A stretch of 64,000 nt of DNA, taken from contig NW_027191406.1 in assembly GCF_041146345.1 (NCBI RefSeq), positions 744,001 through 808,000 of the forward strand, given 5' to 3'. This stretch comes from Neodothiora populina. Taxonomy: Eukaryota. This document shows, piece by piece, positions 23,158 through 34,956 of the stretch. A program made the translations under genes and the position numbers. The notes beneath the pieces were generated by a model. That model did not search any database, was not told the origin of the DNA, and worked only from the letters and a program-made list of their open reading frames with translations. The number at the start of each line of letters is the position of its first letter. Within the stretch, counting starts at the first letter, position 1.

Positions 23158-25398
23158 ATGCCTCCAAAGCGTGCCTCTCGCGCTGGCTCGGCCAGCAAAA
23201 AGACCGCAGCGACCGGTAAAGTCGCCAAACGACCATCCAAGAGGGCGACAACGCCCAGTACTGAGCCTGTCCGTCGCAGCACGCGGCTGCGAGCCTCTTC
23301 GGCCGCGCCCAGCGACTCGGTTGCTGAAACCAGCGTCGCCGGCAGCTACGCCGGTACTCCAGAGCCCGAGGTCCCCACAGAAATGGAGATGGAGGAGCAA
23401 GCTGCTGCCGTCGCAACCGTTGAGGAGGAAGACGACGACGAGGATGGTATGCGCCCCGAACTACTGGAGTTGATTCTGGCTTTCCCGGACAAGATTCACA
23501 AGCTGACCAAACGCAAACGAGAAGACGTGTACAAACAAATGCGCGACGAGATCTTGCGTCTCAGACAGGCAGTTGCAGCAATGGAGAAGAAGGCGGAGGC
23601 GGCAGTCGTAGTGATGCCAGGCCCCTCGACCGCCCCCGTGACCCCTCGTGGCCCCGTCATGACCAGCTCTGCTGCCACCGCTACCACTCCAACCCTCGCC
23701 ACCGGTCGCAGAGATCTACGATTCGACATTTCAATCGCAAGGCCCGCCGCTGAGATGGCTGCCGCCGCCGCAGCTGCAGCAGCGGTCGCGGAGAAAGAGA
23801 GAGAGAAGATCGAGGAGAAGCGCGTCGTCGAGGCGCGACAGCAACTACAACTTGTCCAGGCATCGACAGTGGCAGCTTTCTCGCCGGCGCCCGCCTCAGC
23901 GCCATCCTCCTCCTTCCCTGCTTCCACCTCTCCACAGGCACCAAAGACTCCCCCCGCTGCCCCCGTCAACACTACCAACAATGCGGTCAGCACTCCCTCA
24001 CCCTGGGGATTGCGAACTCTCTTCGGCTCTGTCGCCAAGCGCGCCTTCGGAAGAAGCGTGTCTAGGTCAGAGCAGAATTCGGCAGGCACCCCGCAACAGC
24101 CATCGCAGCAGTCGCTCCTGTCCCCCGAAAAGAATGGAATGGCTGAGATTCCCTCACCGACATCTCCCACTCCAGCTCCTACCAGCTTGACGACCCCTGG
24201 TGCTCTGGTCAAGACACCCACGACCACGAACAGAAAGTCATCGAGGATGGACCGTTCGACACAGCCTCACACACCAAGTGCCTCCCGTGTTGAGGAATCG
24301 CCATCAACTGCTGTTCGCCAGCGCCGTCGCGGCTCAATGCCTGGTCAGATCCGCACTCCCAGAGCCAATTCATCTCTATCCATGTCTCGCCCCAAGCCCT
24401 CTCGTCCAGTCGAGCCAAACGCCGACAAGAGAGCACAGATGCTCGAGAGCGCAGCAGAAGCCAAACGTCTTCGGGACGAACAGGCCGCTGAACGTAAACG
24501 CATCCAGGAACAGGCTTCAATGCTTGAGGAGCAGAAGCGCGCCGCGGAAAAAGCGCAACAGACCCTCGACGAACAAGACTCAGCCAGTCAGCAAGCTGGC
24601 AGCAAACGCAAAAGAGTGCGCATCGACGACCTCAAGGAAATCCCAGCTCGTCTTCCTGGTCAGTCTTCTGGCACCTTCAGTTTCAGAGAAGAATTTTTCG
24701 AATACGATAGCGACAGCGATGGCGATGATTATGTCGAGATGGACGTTGACGAGGCGGAGCTTCTTCTCAACACTCGTCCAGCCAAGAAGATGAGATTTGA
24801 GGAGAATGTGTTCCAGTCATCCACCCCGCAGAAGACTTCCACACCTTCCACCGCATCTCCAGCCACTCCTTCCACTCCTCATCCTAGTGCGAAACTGCAA
24901 CAGCAGACCGCCGTCGAGCAGCAAAGACTTCGCAACTCCCAACACAAGCCCAAGAAGCCATCTGGTCTGCGTCAAGTCTCCAGCATAAGCCCAGCTGCTT
25001 TTGCCACTCCTCAGCAGATATCTGCAGCCACTCCAGCTCCAGCCTACTATCAGACCCCCGCTGCTTTGACCGACATCACAGAGATTACAGAGCCGTCTGA
25101 TACCCCAGCTGCTCCGTATACCCCAGCTGTACACGCATCCTCTCGGGCATTCGCACCTGCTACCCCAGCCGCCCCAGCTACATCCATGTCTGATTCTCAG
25201 TTCAGCTTCGCTGGCGGGGAGTCGTTGTGGACGAGTATGCCCCACATCTTCAACAAAGACATGGTGGATGGAGCTCTTCAAGAGCACGATGATCAGCAGC
25301 AGATTCAGAGTGCTGCGTCACGTTTCGCCATTGCCTGCAACGATCGTCTCCGACGTGAGCAATCCGGCGAACTCCCTGTCCAGGTTTCAGCATTTTAG
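23158..25398 (+). CDS. 746-aa low-complexity/coiled-coil hypothetical protein; 5'-UTR intron 22969-23156
   Basis: Long uninterrupted ORF, N-terminal MPPKR, NLS-like SKRKRVR and PAKKMR, many S/T-P sites; GTAAGT..GCTTAC..CAG intron ends 1 nt before the ATG. Confidence 0.85.
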   Translation: MPPKRASRAGSASKKTAATGKVAKRPSKRATTPSTEPVRRSTRLRASSAAPSDSVAETSVAGSYAGTPEPEVPTEMEMEEQAAAVATVEEEDDDEDGMRPELLELILAFPDKIHKLTKRKREDVYKQMRDEILRLRQAVAAMEKKAEAAVVVMPGPSTAPVTPRGPVMTSSAATATTPTLATGRRDLRFDISIARPAAEMAAAAAAAAAVAEKEREKIEEKRVVEARQQLQLVQASTVAAFSPAPASAPSSSFPASTSPQAPKTPPAAPVNTTNNAVSTPSPWGLRTLFGSVAKRAFGRSVSRSEQNSAGTPQQPSQQSLLSPEKNGMAEIPSPTSPTPAPTSLTTPGALVKTPTTTNRKSSRMDRSTQPHTPSASRVEESPSTAVRQRRRGSMPGQIRTPRANSSLSMSRPKPSRPVEPNADKRAQMLESAAEAKRLRDEQAAERKRIQEQASMLEEQKRAAEKAQQTLDEQDSASQQAGSKRKRVRIDDLKEIPARLPGQSSGTFSFREEFFEYDSDSDGDDYVEMDVDEAELLLNTRPAKKMRFEENVFQSSTPQKTSTPSTASPATPSTPHPSAKLQQQTAVEQQRLRNSQHKPKKPSGLRQVSSISPAAFATPQQISAATPAPAYYQTPAALTDITEITEPSDTPAAPYTPAVHASSRAFAPATPAAPATSMSDSQFSFAGGESLWTSMPHIFNKDMVDGALQEHDDQQQIQSAASRFAIACNDRLRREQSGELPVQVSAF

Positions 25399-25599
25399 TG
25401 CTGTTCGTCAGTGGACTCAGCAACAATAGCGCAACTTTACGACTATCACGACAACAGTCGAGCACAAATTCTCCTCTGATTGAATCATCTTTCGCGCATG
25501 GCGTTTCTCGGTCATTTACTTTTTCGATGTCGTTCTCTGTCTATCATGCTGCTCATTGTCAAGACAACCAATGTTATCGTCAAGACATACATTCCTTGA

Positions 25600-26538
25600 T
25601 CTGAATGCTTACCGTCAAGATAAGAATCGCAAAACACAACCTCTCTGGCTTGAATGCTCAGCTCGCTCGCAAGAGTTTGCAGCCGGCATAAAAACAGCCG
25701 AGACCTTGTTTCTTGTCTTCTCTGGACTTTGTCGGCATTGCAATATGGCTCTGTTACTGTTGAGTTGTGGTAGTGATTCGTTCACACGTTGGGGTTTCCT
25801 GGCTAGAGTACTAAGCTCGCTCGCAAGAGCTTGTAGCTGGTGCAACATAGCCGTTGCCTCTATGTCTACTTTTGCTGTTCAACATCATCGTCGTCATGGG
25901 GCTTTGCAAGCATGACAGAGCGCGGAGAACATGTTTTATCTGCGACACACCCTCTTGATCGCTTCTCCTGTGGTCGAGATGTGATGGCGACACATCGGTG
26001 CCCTCGGAGTCTCCTGGCTTGAGTGCTTAGTTCGCTCATTTGAGCTTGTAGCTGGCGCAATACAGCCGTTGCCCTTGCGGTCTCCTATTGTGTCCTAACA
26101 TCATCGTCTTTGGCTGTATTTGTATGCTCGATCGATTTGAGTCTTTGCAAATTTCTCTTCATTCTCCTGAGTCTAGGTCTTACATGAACGAGCAGTGGAT
26201 TCTTCACTTTTTTTTCTCGGGTTTTATGCTGGGTGGGCCATATCGGTTCAAGGGATATGCATAGGCGGCGTTTTTCTTTTCTTCTCCCAAACTCAATTCA
26301 TGGGTTCTTTGTATCTCCGCAAGCAAGCGAGCACATGAGGGTCGTCTTCTGCTGTCAGCAAGTGTGTTTTGTTCATCAGCCCGGTTCTTCCGCATAAGAT
26401 ACCCCACTGGGAGGAAGGTTCAGCAATTACAAAAAAGTTCTGTGTTATTTCTGCTCTTTCTTCTCTTCTTTGCTCCTTTTTTTTCATTTGGTGATAGTCG
26501 TCAAGTGAGAATGCGTGATTGAGTTGGCGAGGCATCAT
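25600..26538 (-). pseudogene. Probable degraded gene with three copies of an LxQLQxLASELSxQAR module
   Basis: Copies at ~26074-26010, ~25858-25795 and ~25700-25645 share many synonymous differences in one reading register but lie in different frames, with intervening TAG stops. Boundaries are approximate. Confidence 0.5.
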
Positions 26539-26762
26539 ACTGCAAGGGGTTCGTTTCGTCGTGGCAGAAAGCCATGCATATGCTCATTTGTGTCTGCCCG
26601 AGCAGTGAGTTCTATACCTGATAAACACAATCTATGTACAACCGTCACATACACCAAAGACACGGAGGATATCCCTGCGAAGAACGACTCCTTTTCCTTT
26701 CAAACAAGCTGTCATGCCCACAATCCATGTCTTCTCCGAGCTCCTTCGATCTTTGACCCTTC

Positions 26763-28552
26763 TTACTTCCTGTTGATCGTGCTATGCAGAGTATGCTGCC
26801 TAATAAACAAACCAATAAACCCACCGAGCGTAGCAAGCACAACAATCAGCACCCAAACGCCCCTCAAACTCTCCATATACCCGTCCTTGACGCCCGCCTC
26901 CCAGCCCCGCGGCACACGGGTCAAGTCGCCGATATCATCGCGGATAGACCGAATAATCTCCGCGGCGCCAGGCAGATCGCCGAATCTCGCCCACAGGGAC
27001 TTCTTGAGGATGTTCTGGAAGACAGCGGACGCGAGCGTGATGCCTATCGTTGAGCCTGTGGAGCGGAAGGCGTAGCTCGCGGACGTGATGACAGCTTGGT
27101 GCTCGTGGCCGACGGATGCGAGGAGCGCGAGGAGGGTGATTGTCAGGACGCCGCCGTAGGAGCAGCCGTTTAGGTAGAGGATGATGAAGGGGGGCCAGAC
27201 GGCCATGGTCGGCGTGAAGGTCACGGCGATCAGGACGACGGTTGTGATGGTTAGGATTATCACGATGATGTTCAGCGCGCGGTAGCGCCCTGTGGCTCTC
27301 ATTATTAGGCCTGCGCCGAGCGAGCCGGTGGAGGCTCCGAGCGATTGGGGGATCAGGCGGACGCCGGCGCCGGTTGCCGAGTAGCCTTGCACCGATTGGA
27401 AGAAGATGGGGAGGTAGTAGAACATTGCAAAGGTGACCATTGCGAGGAAGAAGTTCATCAGGCAGGCCGCTGCTGCGGTTCTGTGGAGGAGGAGGCGGAC
27501 GGGGATTATGGGCTCGGCGGCGTATTTGTCTTCGACGATGATGAAGCCGAGAAATGTGATGGCGCTCAGAGGCAGACTGACGAGAACCAGAGGATGGGTC
27601 CAGGGGACGATGTTGCCGCCGCTGTTCAGACCTAGTAGCAACAGCACCAGAGTAGTGACTAGCAGAAAAGCACCGGAAAAGTCGACACGAGAGATGCGGC
27701 TCTTGTCGGTCTCTTTGACGGGGACGTTGACGAAGATGCCGCCTAGGATGCCGACAAGACAGATGAAGGGGACCTGGATATAAAACGCCCAGCGCCAGTC
27801 GAAGTGGTCGTTCATGAATCCACCAAAGACTCCTCCGAGACCCATGCCGGCACCGTAGACGACATTGGCGAAACCTTGCCAGACACCGCGCTTACGAAGG
27901 GGAATCAGGTCACTCGCAATGAATACGGCCGTTGTGTTGATACACCTGTCAGGCCTCAGTCAGCATGTTCCGAAGGATCCAAGCGTCACAGTGCACTCAC
28001 CCTCCACCAATACCAGCAATAACACGGCCGGCAATCAGCATGGGAGCATTCCGTGCGCTACCGCAGATGAAGGTACCAATGGCAAAGAATGAAGCAGCCC
28101 AGATGACTCCGGCCCTGCGGCCAAAGATATCTGTAAGTCTTCCCGATAATGGCTGGAAAGCAGCATTGGCAATGAGGTAGCCGGAAGCAATCCAAGACAA
28201 GAGTGTAGAGCTTTGGAATTGAGAAGAAATGGGCGAAGCGAGTGTAGCAACCATTGTAGAGTCTAACCAGGTAAGCTTAGTATCGTAGTCTGCGTGCTTG
28301 TGAGTCTTTCGTATACTACATACCTAATGCTGCGAAGAAATTGCCCATCCACATGGCGAACATGATGACCAGAATCTTCTTCAAACTATGCTCTTCAGGT
28401 AGCGGCTCAGCAGATTCACCTCCATCAGACACATCATCCTGCATTGTGCCATGGTTTGGTTGACTGGCAGCTGCATCTAACAGCGGTCTCCGCTCATCCT
28501 CCAAGGGTGCGGGCGGAACCTCTCTCAGTCCAGCATCATTAGTTTGCGGCAT
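26763..28552 (-). CDS. MFS 14-TM (DHA2) transporter, Vba/Fnx-like; 2 introns
   Basis: FFAALDSTMVAT, GRLTDIFGRR (motif A), IAGRVIAGIGGG, SDLIPLRKRG, WRWAFYIQVP, RVDFSG, AAEPIIP; N-terminal ERRPLL dileucine-type vacuolar signal. Confidence 0.9.
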
Positions 28553-29748
28553 GATGGTCTGCCTCGATATCTCTGAGCTATTTCACGACTATTGGCACAG
28601 TCGAAAATAAAAATAAAAAGTTCGAGTATGTAGTGTAGGGAAACACGACTCCAGTTAGGCGTGGGCCAGTACTCGTATATGCAAAGTTCCGGAGCTAAGC
28701 GGACAAAAGCAGTAGTGGAGCGCCGGCACCCATAACTTTTTTCTTGCGAGAGGATCCTCCGTCGTTGCGGAACGGTTGTAGGCCTTGTTGGCCAATCACG
28801 TACGACGTTCATTCGGATGCCATTACCCACAGACTTCCGGGACTAGCAGGGGATATCCACTATTCGGACTTTATTGTATGGCCTTTGGAGATTAAGGCCG
28901 AGCGCTACGTCTGAGATGCGTCCTTTGTCTCCTTGGGTTTGCAATATATAAACAAGGGTGAAACATGACACGACTATGCTGGAGCCCGCGTTTGGCTACC
29001 ATTTCTCTCCTTGAGATCTTCAATAGGGAGACCCTGTTACCGGTGCAAAGTGAACATCTGCATGCAGCACATGCATTGGTACCGTCAGTGACAGGGTCCT
29101 TCTATGATGACAGCCGCCAAGCAATGGCTGCCTCTCTTGTGGTCTGTGTCTGCCCCTCTGGGGCTTTTATTTAGACAGACTTTCGGGTGCTCCCTCTTGC
29201 AAGTACGAGCTCCAGGTCGTGTGCGAGCGTCATGGAACGTATCGTGGTCAATTCCTTGGTGCATCTACCAATATACTTTATGAAAAGGTAAGACCTGATC
29301 AGTGTGTTCAAGAGGACTGTTTGTGGGTGGAGGATCAATGTGTTTTATTTCTGAAAAGCTTGCGATTCCCTTTTCTAATCTTCTGGTCGCCTGTCGAAGA
29401 AGCAATAACCAGTGGTGAGCAACTTGGTCGCGAAATCTTCGAAACAGAGCGAGCAGCAGACCAGTACAATCTACTTCCATGACTCGCAGGAGTCGAACCT
29501 TGGCTTGAACATCGACAATATTTCAGAGGCTATCTCTGATCTATATCTCTGATCCATATCAGTGTGCATCTGATTGAACATCTGACGGTCGATGAACGTT
29601 GTTGACTGTTCTAGTATTCTCTTTTCTTTGTTCTCGAGTCCGCGTCGCTTGTCCTCAGTCGGACCATCTTGCGCATGCAATAAAGTCTCAGGAGGCTGAA
29701 CTACGGCTGCAAGATAGTGAATATAAAGGAAGGGAAACCAATATTATC

Positions 29749-30959
29749 ATGGCCTGGACCAGGCAAAAAAGGCGGACTGCGCCTTCAGGATATGAAAGAG
29801 TCCGATTGACCTTCCACGCGCTGCGGACGGCGCAATTGATATGCAGTCTGATCGTGGGTGGGATTATGTCGTTTTTCATGTACCACCTTAGTCATGATCA
29901 TTGGGGAACACCGTGGACGTTTATTGTTGTAAGTGTATTTGAGCATTTCACGTCTTTCGTATCGAAACATTTTCTTTCTTTCCGTCCTCTTCGTTATTTG
30001 TATGAGAGTTGCGCGATTGCACACATAAGAAGATGCATCATAACACTCTTATGCTCATACTAATGAGGTACAATAAACAGCTAGCGACAGTATCTCTTCT
30101 GACAACTGCATGTCTGGTCCTCACCATCATGCTTCATTGCTTCCGAGGTCTGAGCCCGACCTTCAATCTCACGCTGAACAGCTGTCTATCGCTCCTCTGG
30201 GCTCTCGGATTTTCCATGTTGTCTTATTTCGCCTGGGCGACGACGCTGACCCATTCGTGCTCGTTGGAGCATTGGGACACTGGGCTCGGAGTCACGGTGT
30301 GCAGGATCTACAAGGCCGTGTATTCGTTCTCTCTGATCGGATTGTGAGTATCCCAACACCCTTGCTTTGCCACTTGCACTTGTCCACCATGTTCCTACCT
30401 CCAATATACTCTCCAAGTAACAAACTGATCGCCCAGCAGCATCTCGACTCTAGCCGCCCTCTTCTTAGACCTGCACATCCTAAACCTCTCCCGCCAGCGC
30501 GGCCAACACCACCGCATCGACTACGACGACAACAACAACAACAACAATGCCGCGGCCAACAACGGCCTGGTCGTCGACTACACCGACGGCGCCTTCGACC
30601 TCGACCTCGACGACAAACCGTACTCGCTACGGAAAGGCTGGAGGACCCAGACTTCCTCTGGGGCTTATCAACAGCAGCATTCGCGCGGGATCAGTAGTCT
30701 TGATTTGAACGACGATGATGAGGGGCTGGATGTCGTGCCGTTGCATAGTGGTGCTGATGGGACTGGGGCGAAGCAGAGACAGTGGGGCGGAGGGATTGGA
30801 GCTGGTGGCGTTGGCTCCACGGGGTATAAAGTCCCCTCTGGGCAGTTTGATGAGGACGATGAGGATGACGACGACGAGAGACAGCGAAGGGGTTGGGCGG
30901 ATACGTCGTATCATGGCGCTGCTGCTTCGTCGTCGACTCGATTGCGAGGAGGGTTGTGA
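29749..30959 (+). CDS. MARVEL-like four-TM membrane protein; 2 introns
   Basis: FHALRTAQL start and four hydrophobic helices with the C..W..CRIYKA loop; GTAAGT and GTGAGT introns join the exons to an acidic/Gly-rich tail ending DTSYHG...GGL. Confidence 0.75.
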
Positions 30960-31185
30960 TTGTCTTCTTGTTCTGGGTCTTCGGGGCAGTTTAATAGGAT
31001 ATGGTTCGGCAATGGATTCGAGATTTGGTGGCGAATGTGAAGGGGCTATCATTATTAGAGGACGAAAAAAAAAACATCATATATATTCTTCCGATCTGAA
31101 GAGACGAGCTTCTTTTCCTCTCTTTTGACTGCTCCTTAATCGCCGAGCTTCTGCATCTCATCAGATATATGTAGACCGAGGTTCA

Positions 31186-33012
31186 TCAAAGAAGAGTAGA
31201 CTGAGGTCTCACCGCAGCAGGACCCGAAGACGAAGAAGACGGTCTGCCTGCCCCACTGCTACCAGCACCAGAAGCGGGAGCGGAAGCAGAAGAATTCTTA
31301 ACCCGATTAAACCCAAACACAGACTTCAATCTGCGCAGCTTAGAAGTCCTCTCTTTGTCCAGGCGTTCGGTCTCCTCTCGCGTCAGTTCGGGCATTAGTT
31401 CCGTGCCGAAGTCTTCCTCTGTTGCTATTTCTCCACCCTGTCTTTCTCTGCTTACTTCGTCGTTGTTTCCAGCAATAGCATTGTGCTCGACGAGCTCTGA
31501 ACTCGCCCGACTTGGTTGCTGGTGCTGCTGTATAGCCGGGAAAAGACGATTTCTCGATCGTCGGCGGTGTTCGTCTGCGTAGCGCGCTAGAATGGTATGT
31601 AGGATCTTCCAAGCCGGGAAGCCGGCGTAGTCGCCCGTGGCGGATTGAGTGGTTGCGTTGCGCCAGGGGCAGTGTTCGCGATGCAGATCTAGGAGGTCGA
31701 GGGTGCGGTCTTCTTTCTCGTCTTCTTCATCTTCGTCGTCATCTGCTGCTGCTGCTGCTGCTGCTGTGCTGTCTGACCCATTCTGCTTTTCGTGGTTGGT
31801 AGTCGCTGCTGACGAGCTCCCGATGACGGGCGACGACGAGGCGGTTTTCGTCTTGTTGTAGTTGGGTTGGTACATCCATAGTCCCACTCTCTGGAAGCAG
31901 GCGTCGCAGCATAGCAGTTCTGTGCCGCAGTCGATGACGCCGTGCCAGCCGCACATGGCGACGACGAGGGCGCGCGCTCGTGCGGGTTCTGACGCTGCTG
32001 GTTGGGTGATGTGCTGCTGTGGGGTGCTCGGGGGCCCATTCGTCGGTGGCGGCGACAAAAGTGTGACGGGCAAGTCTGCGAGCAGTTTCTCAGGCGAAGG
32101 CTGCAGCTCTTCAGGCTTGATGTGCACAATCTGCAACGAAGACGATATCTTCAGCAAAACATTGTATCTCTCTCGTAATTCTGGTTGCCAGACCGAGGTC
32201 TTGACGATGGGCAAGCGGTAGATGTCGGGCTTGCATCCTGCTTGGCGCCACAGACACCCCTCGGCGTGGCCGTCGATAATCAGATCCTTGTATCTCTCTA
32301 CCAGTGCCCGTTCCAAGTTCTCCGCCGCGTCGTCGTCGATCCCGTCTTCGTCTTCAGAACCATCCTCCTCCTCCAGGCCATCTCCATTCCCCACTCTACT
32401 CCTCCGCCGCCGTCGAGGCTCCGGGTCAACATCAACCAGAACCCGCTGTCCACACCCTCCCTTGCAAGAAACAGTATTAGTGTCCACGCAAGACCATCCT
32501 CGCTTGGCCCACTCGACTTCACCCACCGCCTCGGGTTTGGGATGCCACAGCGTGACTCTGCTGAACGTGCGCAGACGCGAGAGGAACAAATCGTGAGACC
32601 ACGGCGCAAAGTTTGGCGGTTCGCGCGCTGGACGAGGAGGGGGCGCAGAAGGAGGATAAGCCGATACGGATGCTGGACGGACTCCTGTCCTGGCCGATGC
32701 TGCTGTTGTCGCAGTCGTTGTCTTGTTCGGTTGTTCTCTTGTCGAGAACGAGCGCACAGAAGACAGCGAGGTGCGGGAGGTGTTGCGATCTGTCAGAGTG
32801 CTGCGCAGAGATGCTTCGCCGGAGCGGATGCGCTTCGCTGCTGGCTCTGCCGCTGCGCCGGCGACGGTGATTCGGGATTCATTGACGTTGCTGGACGCGC
32901 TGGGATTTGTTGTTGCTGAGGGTGGCGGTGGTGAGGGGGCCTGAGAGGAGCCGAATCGACTGTCGAGGAGTCTATGGAATTTCCTCTTGGTTGTTGCCAG
33001 TGCCTCGGGCAT
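31186..33012 (-). CDS. zf-C3HC/Rsm1-domain protein (NIPA/ZC3HC1/Rsm1/Pml39 family, nuclear basket)
   Basis: FAPWSHDLFLSRLRTF, WAKRGWSC..CKGGC..GHAEGCLW; second module AMCGW..CDACFQRVGLW..HREHCPWRN. Confidence 0.9.
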   Translation of the reverse strand: MPEALATTKRKFHRLLDSRFGSSQAPSPPPPSATTNPSASSNVNESRITVAGAAAEPAAKRIRSGEASLRSTLTDRNTSRTSLSSVRSFSTREQPNKTTTATTAASARTGVRPASVSAYPPSAPPPRPAREPPNFAPWSHDLFLSRLRTFSRVTLWHPKPEAVGEVEWAKRGWSCVDTNTVSCKGGCGQRVLVDVDPEPRRRRRSRVGNGDGLEEEDGSEDEDGIDDDAAENLERALVERYKDLIIDGHAEGCLWRQAGCKPDIYRLPIVKTSVWQPELRERYNVLLKISSSLQIVHIKPEELQPSPEKLLADLPVTLLSPPPTNGPPSTPQQHITQPAASEPARARALVVAMCGWHGVIDCGTELLCCDACFQRVGLWMYQPNYNKTKTASSSPVIGSSSAATTNHEKQNGSDSTAAAAAAADDDEDEEDEKEDRTLDLLDLHREHCPWRNATTQSATGDYAGFPAWKILHTILARYADEHRRRSRNRLFPAIQQHQQPSRASSELVEHNAIAGNNDEVSRERQGGEIATEEDFGTELMPELTREETERLDKERTSKLRRLKSVFGFNRVKNSSASAPASGAGSSGAGRPSSSSSGPAAVRPQSTLL

Positions 33013-33528
33013 ATTTTGTTCTTTTGTTATTCTGTCTGATGTGTCGTGGTGATGTCGGTGTAAACACAGCTGCGAAGTCTGCGTGGATGGAAGCTGTTGT
33101 TTACAAAGTCAAAAGTCGGCTATAAAAGTGTATATCGGTGACATTCTTCTAAACACCATATAACCAAGGTATCTTGATGATACAAGTAGCCTTCACCCAC
33201 GTCAGCGCAGCTGTCGCAATGTTGATACCCTGTTGATGCCCTGTGCTTTTCCGGGGGGCGGAGACATCCAACGCGCCAATCTAAAGTGTTATCCTCATGC
33301 AGAGTAGCAGCAAAAGAATCAGAAACAAAGCGGCTTCCTGCTATTGTCTCAGATGACAAACATTTGTATCCTGGAACCTCTGCGCTGGAGACCTCTGCGG
33401 TGCTGTGCTGTTGTCTTGTTCTTTATTCACTCTACTTAAAACTTGTTGCTATAAAAGAATGAGAATGACCATTAGTTCCACACACTATCCTGTATCCTTT
33501 TACTGTGTTTCATTCCTTCGGCAGCCCG

Positions 33529-34956
33529 TCATCTCGCCGCAACATCTCCATGAAGGGGGCAAGCAAGCATCTCGAACGTTGACTCGAGCGCCCAGTGCAG
33601 CCAGGGTACGGACTCCGTTATGTTATGCTTCCGCCACTGGTTCTTGCTCATCCATCGATTGATGACATATGGCTCGGCGGCGCCCATCACACGCTTCGAC
33701 GACCCCTCCTTGAGCTTGTAAACCATACAAACCATGACTTGATGCTCTGGTCGCTCCTCTGGCTTCTTTCCGTCTGCCGGTGCGTTGTTCCATGACCCAT
33801 GAATGCTGTATTCCCTTTGAGCTTGCGATGATCCCTTTGGTGGTTCCCGACCATTGAAACGAAGAGTGCGTCCGAATCGATCAGGGACCGAATCCCAACC
33901 TTCGAGGCCCGCTCTACTGAGTAGCGTTGCTCGCTCAACCTTTGCGTGACTCGACGGTCGGAAAGGGTGAATGCCATAATGTGGTGTGGCAGCGCCAGCC
34001 ACTCGTCTGGCCGAGCTGGCCGGCACGTCGACCATGGCATGGTCGCATTCCGTGATCCAGTCACATATCCTTCGATCAACGCTCAGCTTCGCCAAAGATG
34101 ACATCCATTGATCGGTCCCGGCATCAGAGTCGCCATCTGCTTCAGACAGAGGTATCGTAGAAGGACGCGCGCAGGCGTGTCGTATCTGCGCCAATGAGGT
34201 GCCTGGCCCCCCAGATGGTGGCAGTATAGCTTGGGCTATGCAATCGTGTTCTCGAACGTGTTGTGGATTGCCTTTTCTCATGCCAAAGCCCGAGTACTCA
34301 GGATGATGGCCTTCAAAAGAGTATATGTTCTCTATATCGTCGCGGAGCGGGCCCTATCCTTTGCACGATATAGAGTCTTCCAGATCCTGCAATATATGGG
34401 CGCGTACACTTCTCCCCAGAAATGCCGGTGCGGACACGAGTTGTGGACGACCACGCTTGAGGTCCGGTAAAGGGACCAACTTTCCAACGGAAAGCCCCAC
34501 GTAGTCAGCTCGTTTCGACGTGGCCATCTTCTTTGTTCCGGGTAGAGTCCAGTTCGGCTCCTCGTCTTCAAACTCTGAATATGTGAGAGAAGACAAGAGA
34601 ATTCGTCCAGCTTCGCTGACCAACACTGGCACCGTTCGCACAATGATATTTCTCACGATATCAATGTCCGTGCTGCCCAGTCTGTTGAACAATTTATCAG
34701 ACCAATCGAGAAATTGGCCTGGTGTATGCTCATATCGTTCGCCGTCGGCCTTTTGACACTTGGGTATAGGACAGAAAGCGTGGCTGATGGGCGTTGAGAA
34801 GGGCCCGCGGAACCATTCGCAGGGACATGTCGAGTCTGGCAAGGGCAGGTGCATTGGCTTTATGCCGTACTGTATTGGTACATCATCTAGATTTGCTTGG
34901 AGATTCGGTGAGACGGGTAGACGATGTTCGTTTGGCGTGGGGTGTTGATGTGTCAT
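33529..34956 (-). CDS. Hypothetical protein: 476-codon frame interrupted by one TAG at 34356-34354 (or by a 54-nt intron ending there)
   Basis: ORFs 34354..34956 and 33529..34281 are in the same frame, and the 24 codons between them are open. Confidence 0.6.

Noticed and set aside
28965..29680. Short ORFs between the MFS and MARVEL genes
   Set aside because: All frames are interrupted and no family is recognisable; a relic cannot be supported.
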